Shown: positions 7,622 to 16,632 of the stretch, piece by piece
How positions within the stretch are numbered: the first letter of the stretch is position 1
How the letters are laid out: each line of letters begins with the position of its first letter
Notes under the pieces: generated by a model
Told to the model about the DNA's origin: nothing
Database searches by the model: none
What the model saw: the letters and a program-made list of their open reading frames with translations, nothing else
Position numbers and translations under genes: made by a program
From: Bacteroidota bacterium
GTDB taxonomy: Bacteria > Bacteroidota > Bacteroidia > B-17B0 > Aurantibacillaceae
Assembly (NCBI GenBank): GCA_025362395.1
Contig: JANYGK010000063.1
Location: forward strand, 28,955 to 92,954
Direction of reading: 5' to 3'
Length of the DNA stretch: 64,000 nucleotides

Positions 7622-10123
7622 ATGGCTTCAACTAATTTTAATATCAAAGGCCTAAGTCCTGAAGCGGTAAAGGAATCAAGAGAAAAGTACGGATCCAATA
7701 AAGCAGACTATAAAAAAGAAAACGGCTTTATGGATGCGCTTAAAAATATTATCAAAGAACCAATGGTTACTTTATTGCTGGCAGCCTCACTTATTTATTT
7801 TGTGAGCGGTAAAACAGGCGATGGAATTTTTCTAAGCTCTGCCATTGTTTTAGTTTCCGCTATTTCGCTCTATCAGGATTCAAGAAGTAGAAACGCTTTA
7901 GATAAACTAAAAAACCTGACACAACCCAATTGCAAAGTAATACGGGATAACAAAATAGAGGAAATAAAAAGTGAAGATGTTGTTATAGGAGATAGCTTAA
8001 TGGTAGAAGAAGGAACTTTCATCACTGCAGACGGGATCATTGTACACTCTAATGATTTCTCAGTAAATGAATCTATTCTAACAGGAGAATCCTTAGTGGT
8101 TTATAAGGATCAACATAAAGAAGACAATCTCATCTTTCTGGGAACAACTGTATCTAGTGGCTTGGCTATTGCAACCATTACGGCTATCGGCATTCAAACA
8201 CGACTGGGAAAAATCGGAAAAAGCCTGGAGAGTATAAAAGAAGAAAAAACACCTTTGGAATTACAGATTGGTAACTTCGTAAAAATGATGGTCATAGCAG
8301 GTGCTATTGTTTTTTTAGTTGTTTGGGGCCTGAATTATTTTCATTCTCATAATATATTAGATAGTTTATTGAAAGCACTCACACTGGCCATGAGTATTTT
8401 ACCCGAAGAAATTCCGGTTGCTTTTACAACATTTATGGCACTGGGAGCTTGGCGACTGATGAAATCAGGCATCATTGTTAAACAAATGAAAACAGTGGAA
8501 ACCCTAGGCAGCGCTACTATTATTTGTACTGATAAAACAGGAACCATTACTGAAAACAAAATGAGCCTCGCAAAATTATTTGTAGTGTCTTCTCAAAAAA
8601 TATCCGAGCCCGAAACAACACTAAGCGAAACTGAAAAAGAACTGATTACATTGTCCATGTGGTCGAGCGAGCCAATTCCTTTCGATCCTATGGAAATAGC
8701 TCTGCATGCCGCATATTCAAAATTGGGAGTGCGTGATGAACGACCTAAATACAACTTGGTACACGAGTATCCTTTAGGCGGAAAACCACCCATGATGACA
8801 CATATTTTTGAAGACGCTAAACGACATCGGATTATTGCGGCTAAAGGTGCGCCGGAAGCATTAATGAAGGTAAGCAACTTAACCCTTGACGAAACAAAAA
8901 AAATAGAAGAAGCCATTAAAACATTAGCAAAAGAAGGATACCGGGTTTTGGGAGTTGGAGAAACAACCTTTAGTGGAACTGATTTCCCATTGGAGCAACA
9001 GGCATTTAAGTTTAAATTTAAAGGCATTGTCGCTTTTTATGATCCTCCAAAGAAAAACATTCAATCTGTTCTTGAAAGCTTTTACAACGCCGGAATTACC
9101 GTTAAAATAGTAACAGGCGATAATGCTGCTACCACAATAGCCATCGCTAAACAAATTGGATTTAGAGGATATGAGAAAAGCTTGAGTGGTGATGAACTTA
9201 TGAAATTAAGTGATATTGAATTACAAGAAAAGGTGTTAGATACACAAATATTTACGCGTATGTTTCCTGAGGCAAAACTAAAAATCATTAATGCTTTAAA
9301 ATCAAAAAATGAAATTGTAGCAATGACAGGAGACGGTGTGAATGATGGCCCCGCGCTAAAAGCAGCGCATATTGGCGTTGCCATGGGTAAAAAAGGGACA
9401 GAAATAGCTAAACAGGCTGCTTCACTTATTTTAGTGGATGATGATCTTTCTAAAATGGTAGACGCCGTAGCTATGGGCAGAAAAATTTATGCTAATTTAA
9501 AGAAGGCAATTCAGTACATTATCTCCATACACGTTCCTATCATATTAACCGTTTTTATTCCTTTGGCTTTGGGGTGGATTTATCCTAATATTTTTTCTCC
9601 TATCCACATTATCTTTTTAGAATTAATTATGGGACCTACCTGCTCAATCATTTACGAAAATGAACCTATGGAAAAAAATACAATGTTCCAAAAACCAAGA
9701 CCTTTTTCTACCGATTTTTTTAATTGGAAAGAGCTTACAATAAGCATCCTGCAAGGATTAATGATTACTGCGGGCACGCTACTAATGTACCAACTGTCAG
9801 TGGTAAAAGGTTATAGTGAATCACTGACACGAACAATGGTTTTTACAGTTCTTATAATGGCTAACATCGTTTTAACTTTAGTTAACCGGTCTTTTTACTA
9901 TTCCATTATTACAACTATAAAATATAAAAATAATATGGTGCCAATCATGATCATTATCACAATCATTGTTTCAGGACTACTCCTTTATGTGACGCCCTTT
10001 ACAAAATTTTTCCAATTCGAAAAACTGAGCTTTCTTCAATTAGGAGCTTGTGCAATAATTGGTTTCTTATCAGTTATCTGGATTGAATTGGTAAAGTTAA
10101 ACCGAAGAATTAAAAGTCGGTAA
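7622..10123 (+). CDS. cation-transporting P-type ATPase (type II-like, ion specificity unknown)
   Basis: Motifs LTGESL, phosphorylation site ICTDKTGTITENKM and hinge MTGDGVNDGPALK. About ten predicted TM helices. Confidence 0.9.
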   Translation: MASTNFNIKGLSPEAVKESREKYGSNKADYKKENGFMDALKNIIKEPMVTLLLAASLIYFVSGKTGDGIFLSSAIVLVSAISLYQDSRSRNALDKLKNLTQPNCKVIRDNKIEEIKSEDVVIGDSLMVEEGTFITADGIIVHSNDFSVNESILTGESLVVYKDQHKEDNLIFLGTTVSSGLAIATITAIGIQTRLGKIGKSLESIKEEKTPLELQIGNFVKMMVIAGAIVFLVVWGLNYFHSHNILDSLLKALTLAMSILPEEIPVAFTTFMALGAWRLMKSGIIVKQMKTVETLGSATIICTDKTGTITENKMSLAKLFVVSSQKISEPETTLSETEKELITLSMWSSEPIPFDPMEIALHAAYSKLGVRDERPKYNLVHEYPLGGKPPMMTHIFEDAKRHRIIAAKGAPEALMKVSNLTLDETKKIEEAIKTLAKEGYRVLGVGETTFSGTDFPLEQQAFKFKFKGIVAFYDPPKKNIQSVLESFYNAGITVKIVTGDNAATTIAIAKQIGFRGYEKSLSGDELMKLSDIELQEKVLDTQIFTRMFPEAKLKIINALKSKNEIVAMTGDGVNDGPALKAAHIGVAMGKKGTEIAKQAASLILVDDDLSKMVDAVAMGRKIYANLKKAIQYIISIHVPIILTVFIPLALGWIYPNIFSPIHIIFLELIMGPTCSIIYENEPMEKNTMFQKPRPFSTDFFNWKELTISILQGLMITAGTLLMYQLSVVKGYSESLTRTMVFTVLIMANIVLTLVNRSFYYSIITTIKYKNNMVPIMIIITIIVSGLLLYVTPFTKFFQFEKLSFLQLGACAIIGFLSVIWIELVKLNRRIKSR

Positions 10124-10520
10124 GGAATTTTTTTTAATTAAATCATACTATATGTAAGTATTTATATTTACTAACTATAAATTCATTTAAGTATAATTAT
10201 CAAGTCGAAAATTATTCAAACTCAAATCAAAAAAGGATAAAAGCTAAATTAAAATGCAAACTATTTAAAACAGCAAATCGGCAACTTTTAGGATATATAA
10301 AAAGGCTATAATATAATCTTAAAAACATGATGAAGAAAGTAGTTTTACAATCCCTAATTCCTATTATATTGGAATAAAAATCAATAAAGGAAAATTATAA
10401 AAACCATCTCACAAGCCACCGGAACCATAAAGCATTAAAATTTGTTATGAGTATAAAAACAATAAAGTGAGCCATAAAAGAGTTTGGAGATAACATGAGT
10501 GAAGATTACTAAAATTAATC

Positions 10521-10535
10521 CGTGAATTATATAAA
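10521..10535 (+). promoter_or_regulatory. TGTGAATTAT-type motif copy upstream of the BON-domain gene
   Basis: CGTGAATTATATAAA, about 105 nt before the ATG at 10626 and oriented toward the gene. Confidence 0.35.
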
Positions 10536-10625
10536 TTGTTTCATTTATCATGTAACAAATTTGGATTTAAAGCAATCAACTTTGTATCGTTATAAAAAAG
10601 TATTTATAACATAAACTAATTACTC

Positions 10626-11300
10626 ATGAAAACAAACTCAGAATTACAAAAAGACGTTCAGGATGCCATTAAATGGGAACCTTTATTGAATGCAGCAGAA
10701 ATTGGTGTAACCGCCAAAGATGGTATTATCACGTTAACAGGTGTGGTTAATAGCTTCGCCAAAAAATCAGAAGCAGAATCAGCTGCTAAAAATGTAGCAG
10801 GAGTTAAAGCCGTAGTTGAAAAAATTGAACTTAAATTTGGTACCGACTGGACTAAAAAAGATGACAATGAAATTGCTACTGAAGTATTAAATGCCATTAA
10901 ATGGAATTGGGAAGTGCCAAATGACAAATTAAAAGTAAAGGTTGAAAAAGGTTGGATCACTTTAGAGGGTGAATTAAGTTGGAATTTTCAAAAAGAAGCC
11001 GCTAAAAATGCCGTAAAAAATCTTTTGGGTGTAACAGGTGTTTCAAATAATATTACTATTAAAGCTGAATCACATGATGCCGTTGAGGAAAAAGCGGTAG
11101 AGGATGCGCTTGCGCGTAATTGGTCTATAAACGATAGAAATATCCACGTTAAAGCAGACGGCAAAAAAGTAACTCTTACAGGTACAGTTAGCTCATGGTA
11201 TCAAAAAGATGAAGCCGGAAGAATTGCCTGGAATGCACCCGGTGTTTGGACGGTTGATAATAAATTAGAGGTTGAATATGAATATTCATTAATTGATTAA
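10626..11300 (+). CDS. BON domain-containing (OsmY-like) stress protein
   Basis: Three repeats of the BON pattern (for example ITVKDGIITLTGVV, KVEKGWITLEGEL, KADGKKVTLTGTV). Confidence 0.85.
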   Translation: MKTNSELQKDVQDAIKWEPLLNAAEIGVTAKDGIITLTGVVNSFAKKSEAESAAKNVAGVKAVVEKIELKFGTDWTKKDDNEIATEVLNAIKWNWEVPNDKLKVKVEKGWITLEGELSWNFQKEAAKNAVKNLLGVTGVSNNITIKAESHDAVEEKAVEDALARNWSINDRNIHVKADGKKVTLTGTVSSWYQKDEAGRIAWNAPGVWTVDNKLEVEYEYSLID

Positions 11301-11305
11301 TTAGA

Positions 11306-11334
11306 AGCCGGGAGGAAGCCCTTCCGGCTCTTTT
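11306..11334 (+). terminator. rho-independent terminator after the BON gene
   Basis: 10 bp stem AGCCGGGAGG / CCTTCCGGCT (one G-U pair), loop AAGC, followed by a T-rich tract. Confidence 0.7.
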
Positions 11335-11384
11335 AAGGTTTTTAACTCATACTAAAACATGAAATAAATCTTAATAATAAAATA

Positions 11385-11723
11385 ATGATGGTAAAATCAA
11401 TTGTTATAATAAGTATTTTATATTTTAATATGTTAACATTTGCTCAAAAAGCTGTCGATGATTTTACCGGAAAATGGAAAGCACCTAAAGGGGCCATTAT
11501 AATTATTACCAAATCACACACCGGATTTATTGGAAGAACGGAATTAGAAGATGCAATAGTATTGAAAGATGTAAAATTTTATAATGGTAAATGGACTGCC
11601 GTAATTATCAATCCAAAAGAAAATCAGATTGCCAATTGTGAATTAACCCTTCAAGAATTTAAACTAAAAATTATTGCAAAAAAGGGAATATTTTATAAAA
11701 CCTTATTTTGGACAAAACAATAA
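11385..11723 (+). CDS. DUF2147-like small secreted protein
   Basis: Signal peptide, then a GKW...G...W.G...P pattern (FTGKWKAP...FYNGKWTAVIINPKE...LFWTK) typical of DUF2147. Confidence 0.6.
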   Translation: MMVKSIVIISILYFNMLTFAQKAVDDFTGKWKAPKGAIIIITKSHTGFIGRTELEDAIVLKDVKFYNGKWTAVIINPKENQIANCELTLQEFKLKIIAKKGIFYKTLFWTKQ

Positions 11724-11744
11724 ACTAACTATTAAAAAAACCAT

Positions 11745-12218
11745 ATGAAAACAAACATTGGAATTACCGAAAAACATCTGCAAAAAAGCAGTGATATATT
11801 AACAAGCATTTTAGCAGATGAAATGACATTGTATATAAAAACAAGAAAATTTCATTGGAACGTTTCCGGTGAGAGCTTTATGGAGCTACACAAATTGTTT
11901 CAAAGTCAGTATACAGAGCTTGAAGAAGCGATTGATCAGGTAGCTGAGAGAATTGGCAAACTGGGTGAAAAAACGATAGGAACTATGACTGAATTTTTGA
12001 AACATACTTCTATAAAAGAACATGCAGGAAAATATTCTTCTTCAAAAGATTTGATTAAAGAATTACACGCGGATCATCAAACCCTTATTATAAAACTACG
12101 TAAAGACATAGAAGTGTGCAGCGAAAAAAATAAAGATTCGGGTACTGCCGACTTTTTAACGGGTTTAATGGAGCAGCACGAAACTATTGCATGGATACTG
12201 GGTAGATACTTAAATTAA
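11745..12218 (+). CDS. dps: Dps family DNA-protection / ferritin-like protein
   Basis: 157 aa. The FHWNVSG...ELH..F....EE..D..AERI pattern is typical of Dps. Confidence 0.9.
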   Translation: MKTNIGITEKHLQKSSDILTSILADEMTLYIKTRKFHWNVSGESFMELHKLFQSQYTELEEAIDQVAERIGKLGEKTIGTMTEFLKHTSIKEHAGKYSSSKDLIKELHADHQTLIIKLRKDIEVCSEKNKDSGTADFLTGLMEQHETIAWILGRYLN

Positions 12219-12284
12219 TTACAAAAAAAGAAAGTAGAAATTGCAGTTATAGAAAATAAAATATAACCCATTAAATACGTACAC

Positions 12285-12780
12285 ATGAAAATATTAATTG
12301 TATAACATCCCACAGTACTTTAGGAAATACGGGTGAGAAAACCGGCTTTTGGATAGAAGAATTTACTACACCGTATTATATTTTGGCAGATGCAGGTGCT
12401 GAAATAACCATAGCGTCACCAAACGGAGGGCAACCATCGGTTGATCCTAAAAGTGAATTGGGAAATACTCAAACACCATCAACAGAAAGATTCTACAAGG
12501 ACACCGGTTTAATTGATAAAGTAGCGTATTCTCTAAAATTAAACGATATCAAGCAACAGGATATGATGCTATTTTTTATCCCGGAGGAAACGGGCCATTA
12601 CGGGATTTAGTGGGTAAATCCACAAAAAAACGGGGCGCTTTCTTTCTGCCGAAAATTGATTGTGCTCTCCTGCTTGTTCTATATTTTTATGTATTAACCT
12701 TTCGGGCATTATTAGAGTGGGGCGAGCAAACGTTTCATGGAAATCTTTTGATGAGAATTGTTTATCTTCTGTTTTCATAA
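12285..12780 (+). pseudogene. decayed DJ-1/PfpI (type 1 glutamine amidotransferase-like) gene
   Basis: MKILIV, then a frameshift, then TSHSTLGNTGEKTGFWIEEFTTPYYILADAGAEITIASPNGGQPSVDPKSE. A second frameshift at QQDYDAIFYPGG(N)GPL. The nucleophile-elbow region is barely recognisable and the C-terminus is missing. Confidence 0.75.
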
Positions 12781-12805
12781 TTATGTTTTTTTATACTACA
12801 AAATT

Positions 12806-12851
12806 AAATTACATTTGGACTATACAATGGTACATAAATAAGATAAATAGA
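12806..12851. promoter_or_regulatory. inverted repeat TGGACTAT-N27-ATAGTCCA directly upstream of the MocR-type regulator
   Basis: TGGACTAT at 12806..12813 and ATAGTCCAGAT at 12841..12851. The 11-mer ATAGTCCAGAT recurs at 16682..16692. Confidence 0.45.
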
Positions 12852-12859
12852 TAGTCCAG

Positions 12860-14275
12860 ATGCTTAGACCGTGGAAGTTAGAAATACGAATTAACACTAA
12901 TAGTAATAAAGCTATTTATATACAAATAGCAGATGCAATTATTGAAGCTGTTAAATCAAGTAAGTTAAATAAAGGCGATGCTTTGCCCGGTAGCAGAAAA
13001 TTAGCAGAGTTATTAAAAGTTAATAGAAATACGGTAATTGAGGCTTTAGATATTTTATTATCAGAAGGCTGGCTTATTGCTAAAGAAAGAAAAGGAACAT
13101 TTGTAGCGGATATTTTACCCGATACTAAAGAGTCAAAAACAAAGGAAAGAAACAAAATTGAGAAAAAAGAAATAGAAGTAAAGCCCAATTTAATTTTTGA
13201 TGATGGTTTACCCGATAGCCGATTAGCTCCAATGAATGAAATAGCTAGAGCCTACCGCCAAATATTCAACCGAAAATCTCGTTGGCAAATAATGGGATAT
13301 AGTAATGAACTTGGCGATATTGAATTTAGAAAAGCAATAGCTCAGATGCTTAATTTTAAACGAGGTATGAGTATTAATACTAACCAAATTTGTATTACTA
13401 GAGGTAGTCAAATGGCTATGTATTTAGCGGCTCATAGTTTATTTAACTTAGGGGATTATGTTATGATTGAAAATCCGGGATACAAACCTGCATGGCAAGC
13501 GTTTGAAAATGCAGGCGCTAAATTACTGCCGGTAAGTATTGATAGTGAGGGAATACAAATTAATGAAATAGAAAAATATTTAAAAAAATATAAAACAATT
13601 AAAGCAATTTATGTTACGCCGCATCATCAATTTCCTACCACAGTAACTTTGAGTTTAAAAAGAAGGTTAAAACTTATTGAATTATCAAATCAATACGGGT
13701 TTATAATTATTGAAGATGATTACGATAATGAATTTCATTTTGGACAAAGACCAATTTTACCAATAGCTAGTTACCAAAATGCTAAACACTTTATTTATAT
13801 AGGCACACTCAGTAAAATTGTAGCACCAGCTTTAAGAATTGGATATTTGGTAAGTAATGAAGCTATTATCATTAACGTTGGAAAACATAGGAAAATGATA
13901 GATGTGCAAGGAGACAATATAATGGAAGAAGCAATTTTGCAACTTATAAATGAAGGAGAAATAAAACGACATTTAAAAAGAACTACACTTATTTATAAAA
14001 CGAAGAGGGATTATTTTGAAAAAATATGTAATACCTATTTAAAAGGAAAAGCAATGTTTACTAAACCAGACGGCGGATTAGCATTTTGGATTGTTCCAAC
14101 TAAAAAAATTAATGTAATTGATGTAACACATAAATTATTGAAAAAAGGAATTAAAATTATGTCGCCAGAAGCTTTTAGTTTTAATATGCCAATATTAGGA
14201 TTTAGATTAGGTTACGCATCCTTAACGGAAAAACAAATTGAAGAAGGTATTATTGCACTATCTAAACATTTATGA
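12860..14275 (+). CDS. MocR/GabR-type regulator (GntR wHTH fused to a PLP-dependent aminotransferase-fold domain)
   Basis: N-terminal GntR HTH (LPGSRKLAELLKVNRNTVIEALDIL) and a C-terminal fold-type I domain with a PLP-lysine context (GTLSKIVAPALRIGYL). Confidence 0.9.
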   Translation: MLRPWKLEIRINTNSNKAIYIQIADAIIEAVKSSKLNKGDALPGSRKLAELLKVNRNTVIEALDILLSEGWLIAKERKGTFVADILPDTKESKTKERNKIEKKEIEVKPNLIFDDGLPDSRLAPMNEIARAYRQIFNRKSRWQIMGYSNELGDIEFRKAIAQMLNFKRGMSINTNQICITRGSQMAMYLAAHSLFNLGDYVMIENPGYKPAWQAFENAGAKLLPVSIDSEGIQINEIEKYLKKYKTIKAIYVTPHHQFPTTVTLSLKRRLKLIELSNQYGFIIIEDDYDNEFHFGQRPILPIASYQNAKHFIYIGTLSKIVAPALRIGYLVSNEAIIINVGKHRKMIDVQGDNIMEEAILQLINEGEIKRHLKRTTLIYKTKRDYFEKICNTYLKGKAMFTKPDGGLAFWIVPTKKINVIDVTHKLLKKGIKIMSPEAFSFNMPILGFRLGYASLTEKQIEEGIIALSKHL

Positions 14276-14872
14276 TGCTATCCGGTGTTCAGGGCAGTCT
14301 ACTCTCAATTCGTTATTTAGTAGTGGTTTGTTTAGTAAGTTACAATGATGAGTAGTTTTATTTTTATTATAAAATTTGCACGTTAAACACATTCTTTGAA
14401 CTGTAATAATTCCTTCCTGATTTAATTTATTTATCAATTCAAGAAGGCTTACTAATAGTGTTTCTTTTTGATTGTCGGTAAAGTTAGTTATAGGCTTTTC
14501 TATAATGCCAGCAAATGAAGAAGATTGTTGAGCTATTTTTTTTCCAGAATTAGTTAATGAAATACTAAAACCTCTTGAATCAATTGTATTGTATTCTTTT
14601 ATTATCAAGTTTTTATCTAATAATAACTTTACAGAATCACTTATTGTAGCTTTGGTCATATTAAATTCTTTGGCTAAATAACTTATATTACATTTTTCGT
14701 TACTATGAAAAAGTAAAAATATTAGTATTTGAGTTTGTATAGGGCTAAGCTTATTTATCCTACTTTCCTGCCAAAGTAAAACTCTAAATACCTCTGATAT
14801 TCTTTCGAGTGCAACAACAATTTTACTTTCTATACGACTATTTTGGTTTATATCAAAAACAGATGTTTTCAT
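14270..14872 (-). CDS. MarR-like winged-helix regulator with a Cys/His-rich C-terminal tail
   Basis: wHTH core (ISYLAKEFNMTKATISDSVKLLLDKNLI) plus tail MCLTCKFYNKNKTTHHCNLL...RVDCPEH. Its stop overlaps the convergent MocR stop by 6 nt. Confidence 0.75.
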   Translation of the reverse strand: MKTSVFDINQNSRIESKIVVALERISEVFRVLLWQESRINKLSPIQTQILIFLLFHSNEKCNISYLAKEFNMTKATISDSVKLLLDKNLIIKEYNTIDSRGFSISLTNSGKKIAQQSSSFAGIIEKPITNFTDNQKETLLVSLLELINKLNQEGIITVQRMCLTCKFYNKNKTTHHCNLLNKPLLNNELRVDCPEHRIAS

Positions 14873-14913
14873 TTTTATATAGTGTAGATAATTAACAATT
14901 TAATATGAATACT

Positions 14914-15174
14914 TTAACAACCGTCCATTTCAATAATATAATATCCAACTTTATTTATAGCTACTTGCATAGCCTCTGTTGCTTTTTCAATATGACAGTA
15001 ACGACATTCTTTTGCACTTAAAAGTTGTCCTTCTTGTTTTTTTTCTCTTAGATATAATTTACCAAATTCGTATATAAAATCCGCATCTTTAATTGATGTT
15101 GGTGCAATAATATCAAAGTGCATTATGCTACCATCTTTCTTTTTTACATAGGTGTCCCAAACTACTACTTCCAT
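14914..15174 (-). CDS. DUF2024-like small protein with CxxCH motif (paralogue 1)
   Basis: 86 aa. MEVVVWDTYVKKKDGSIMHFDII...ECRYCHIEKATEA matches my recollection of the DUF2024 signature. Confidence 0.65.
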   Translation of the reverse strand: MEVVVWDTYVKKKDGSIMHFDIIAPTSIKDADFIYEFGKLYLREKKQEGQLLSAKECRYCHIEKATEAMQVAINKVGYYIIEMDGC

Positions 15175-15268
15175 TTTATTTGATTAATTTGTTTAATGTT
15201 GTTAATTAATTTTTGGCGAATAAAGCCAGTTTAATAGTGTTAAATAAGCAATAAAAATATGTAGCATA

Positions 15269-15532
15269 TTAAAACCCCCAATGTTTAAATATTGAATATC
15301 CTTTGCTATTTATATCATTAATAATAGCCTCTGTTGCTATTTCCATGTGACAAAAATCACATTCATCAGCACTGATAAGATTTACGGCAATAATTTTCTC
15401 ATCTTTTAAAAATGAATTTCCGTAATCGTATATTTTTTGCAAATCCATTAAACCAGACGGAACTAAAATATCGAATTTAATCATCGTACCATCGTCTTTT
15501 TTAAATACGGTATCGTAAACTGAAATTTCCAT
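15269..15532 (-). CDS. DUF2024-like small protein with CxxCH motif (paralogue 2)
   Basis: 87 aa. MEISVYDTVFKKDDGTMIKFDIL...ECDFCHMEIATEA. Roughly 40-45 percent identical by eye to the neighbouring paralogue. Confidence 0.65.
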   Translation of the reverse strand: MEISVYDTVFKKDDGTMIKFDILVPSGLMDLQKIYDYGNSFLKDEKIIAVNLISADECDFCHMEIATEAIINDINSKGYSIFKHWGF

Positions 15533-15592
15533 TTTTTAAGATTAAAAAAAGCTTTAAACTAAATAGCTTAAAGCCTTTTTTTGTTTTTTAAA

Positions 15593-16324
15593 TTATTTTG
15601 TTTTTACTGTGTATGGCAATGTTAATTTACCTGATGCAACGCTATACACATCCATTACTCCTAACATTGGCATCATCATATTAGAAGTATTAACAGCCAT
15701 GTAACAAGTAACAGCATCAAACTTAAAGTCAATTTTATTATTAATTCTGTAAGAAGGTATAACTACTTGTATTGTATTGCCTTTAGTTATAACCTGAAAT
15801 CCGGGGCTATCCATATACATTGGCATATTTGGTGCAGTGGTAGGTAGTTTAACTGTTTTATCTTCTTTTTTAAATTCTTTTACTGCAAGTCCACCTTTCA
15901 CTCTTTCATCTTTTACTAATAAAACCCAATGAGGATGCCATACACGACCGTCATCTGAAAATATACCATTATTATTTTCGTCCCATAAAGGCGAATCATC
16001 AAAATCAGGATGAGAGGTTAGTGCCAATGCTACAATGCCTTCTGTTTTATTAAAACCAACATCTTCAGATTTTAGGGTAGTTGGAAAAACATAACCCAAA
16101 ACACCTGCACCATCCAATTTACCAATTGAATCGGGCATTGTTACACCTGCTTTTCCTTTTACTTGGATAGACATTACTAATTCTTTTAAATTAGCATTAT
16201 AGCTTGCTGTTGTTGATACAATAACAAAGTTTTCGTTATTAAATTTTTGACATTTATCACAGGCGAAAGCTGATGGGATAACAAATGTTGTCATTATTGA
16301 CAAAGTATAAATTATTTTTTTCAT
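15593..16324 (-). CDS. secreted protein of unknown function with N-terminal CxxC and His/Met-rich motifs
   Basis: Signal peptide ending AFA, mature N-terminus CDKCQ. Motifs SHPDFDDSPLWDE and WHPHW. Met clusters PNMPMYMD and NMMMPMLGVMD. Confidence 0.7.
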   Translation of the reverse strand: MKKIIYTLSIMTTFVIPSAFACDKCQKFNNENFVIVSTTASYNANLKELVMSIQVKGKAGVTMPDSIGKLDGAGVLGYVFPTTLKSEDVGFNKTEGIVALALTSHPDFDDSPLWDENNNGIFSDDGRVWHPHWVLLVKDERVKGGLAVKEFKKEDKTVKLPTTAPNMPMYMDSPGFQVITKGNTIQVVIPSYRINNKIDFKFDAVTCYMAVNTSNMMMPMLGVMDVYSVASGKLTLPYTVKTK

Positions 16325-16375
16325 GTTATTTTTGATTTTAGTTATTTAAAGTCCTTCATATAGTGGGGCGTAATT

Positions 16376-16609
16376 TTATCCTTTAACATCTGCCATAGAT
16401 GCGCCAAAGTTAAGGTGCAATACATTTCCGTTTGGAGTTACCAATGCCGGAACTGATTTTACCCCTGCAGCTTCTGCTGCCGCAATTTTAGTTTTATCTT
16501 TACCTAAATGTATTACCTCTACATTTGAAGGATTGATTAAACTTAGTATGTCTTGTTCTGCACTAATACATACTGGACAACCTGCGTGATAAAAAATTGA
16601 TTTGCTCAT
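16376..16609 (-). CDS. small thioredoxin-fold protein with CPVC redox motif
   Basis: 77 aa. FYHAGCPVC near the N-terminus and a VPALV cis-Pro-like segment, as in glutaredoxin-like / redox-active disulfide protein 2 type proteins. Confidence 0.75.
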   Translation of the reverse strand: MSKSIFYHAGCPVCISAEQDILSLINPSNVEVIHLGKDKTKIAAAEAAGVKSVPALVTPNGNVLHLNFGASMADVKG

Positions 16610-16632
16610 TTTATTTAATTTTTTAGTTTTTT

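Noticed and set aside
12569-12778. 69 aa minus-strand ORF that looks like a gene divergent from the MocR regulator
   Set aside because: It lies antisense to the decayed DJ-1/PfpI pseudogene, which explains the open frame. It has no recognisable family features and its 3' part simply reads through the relic.
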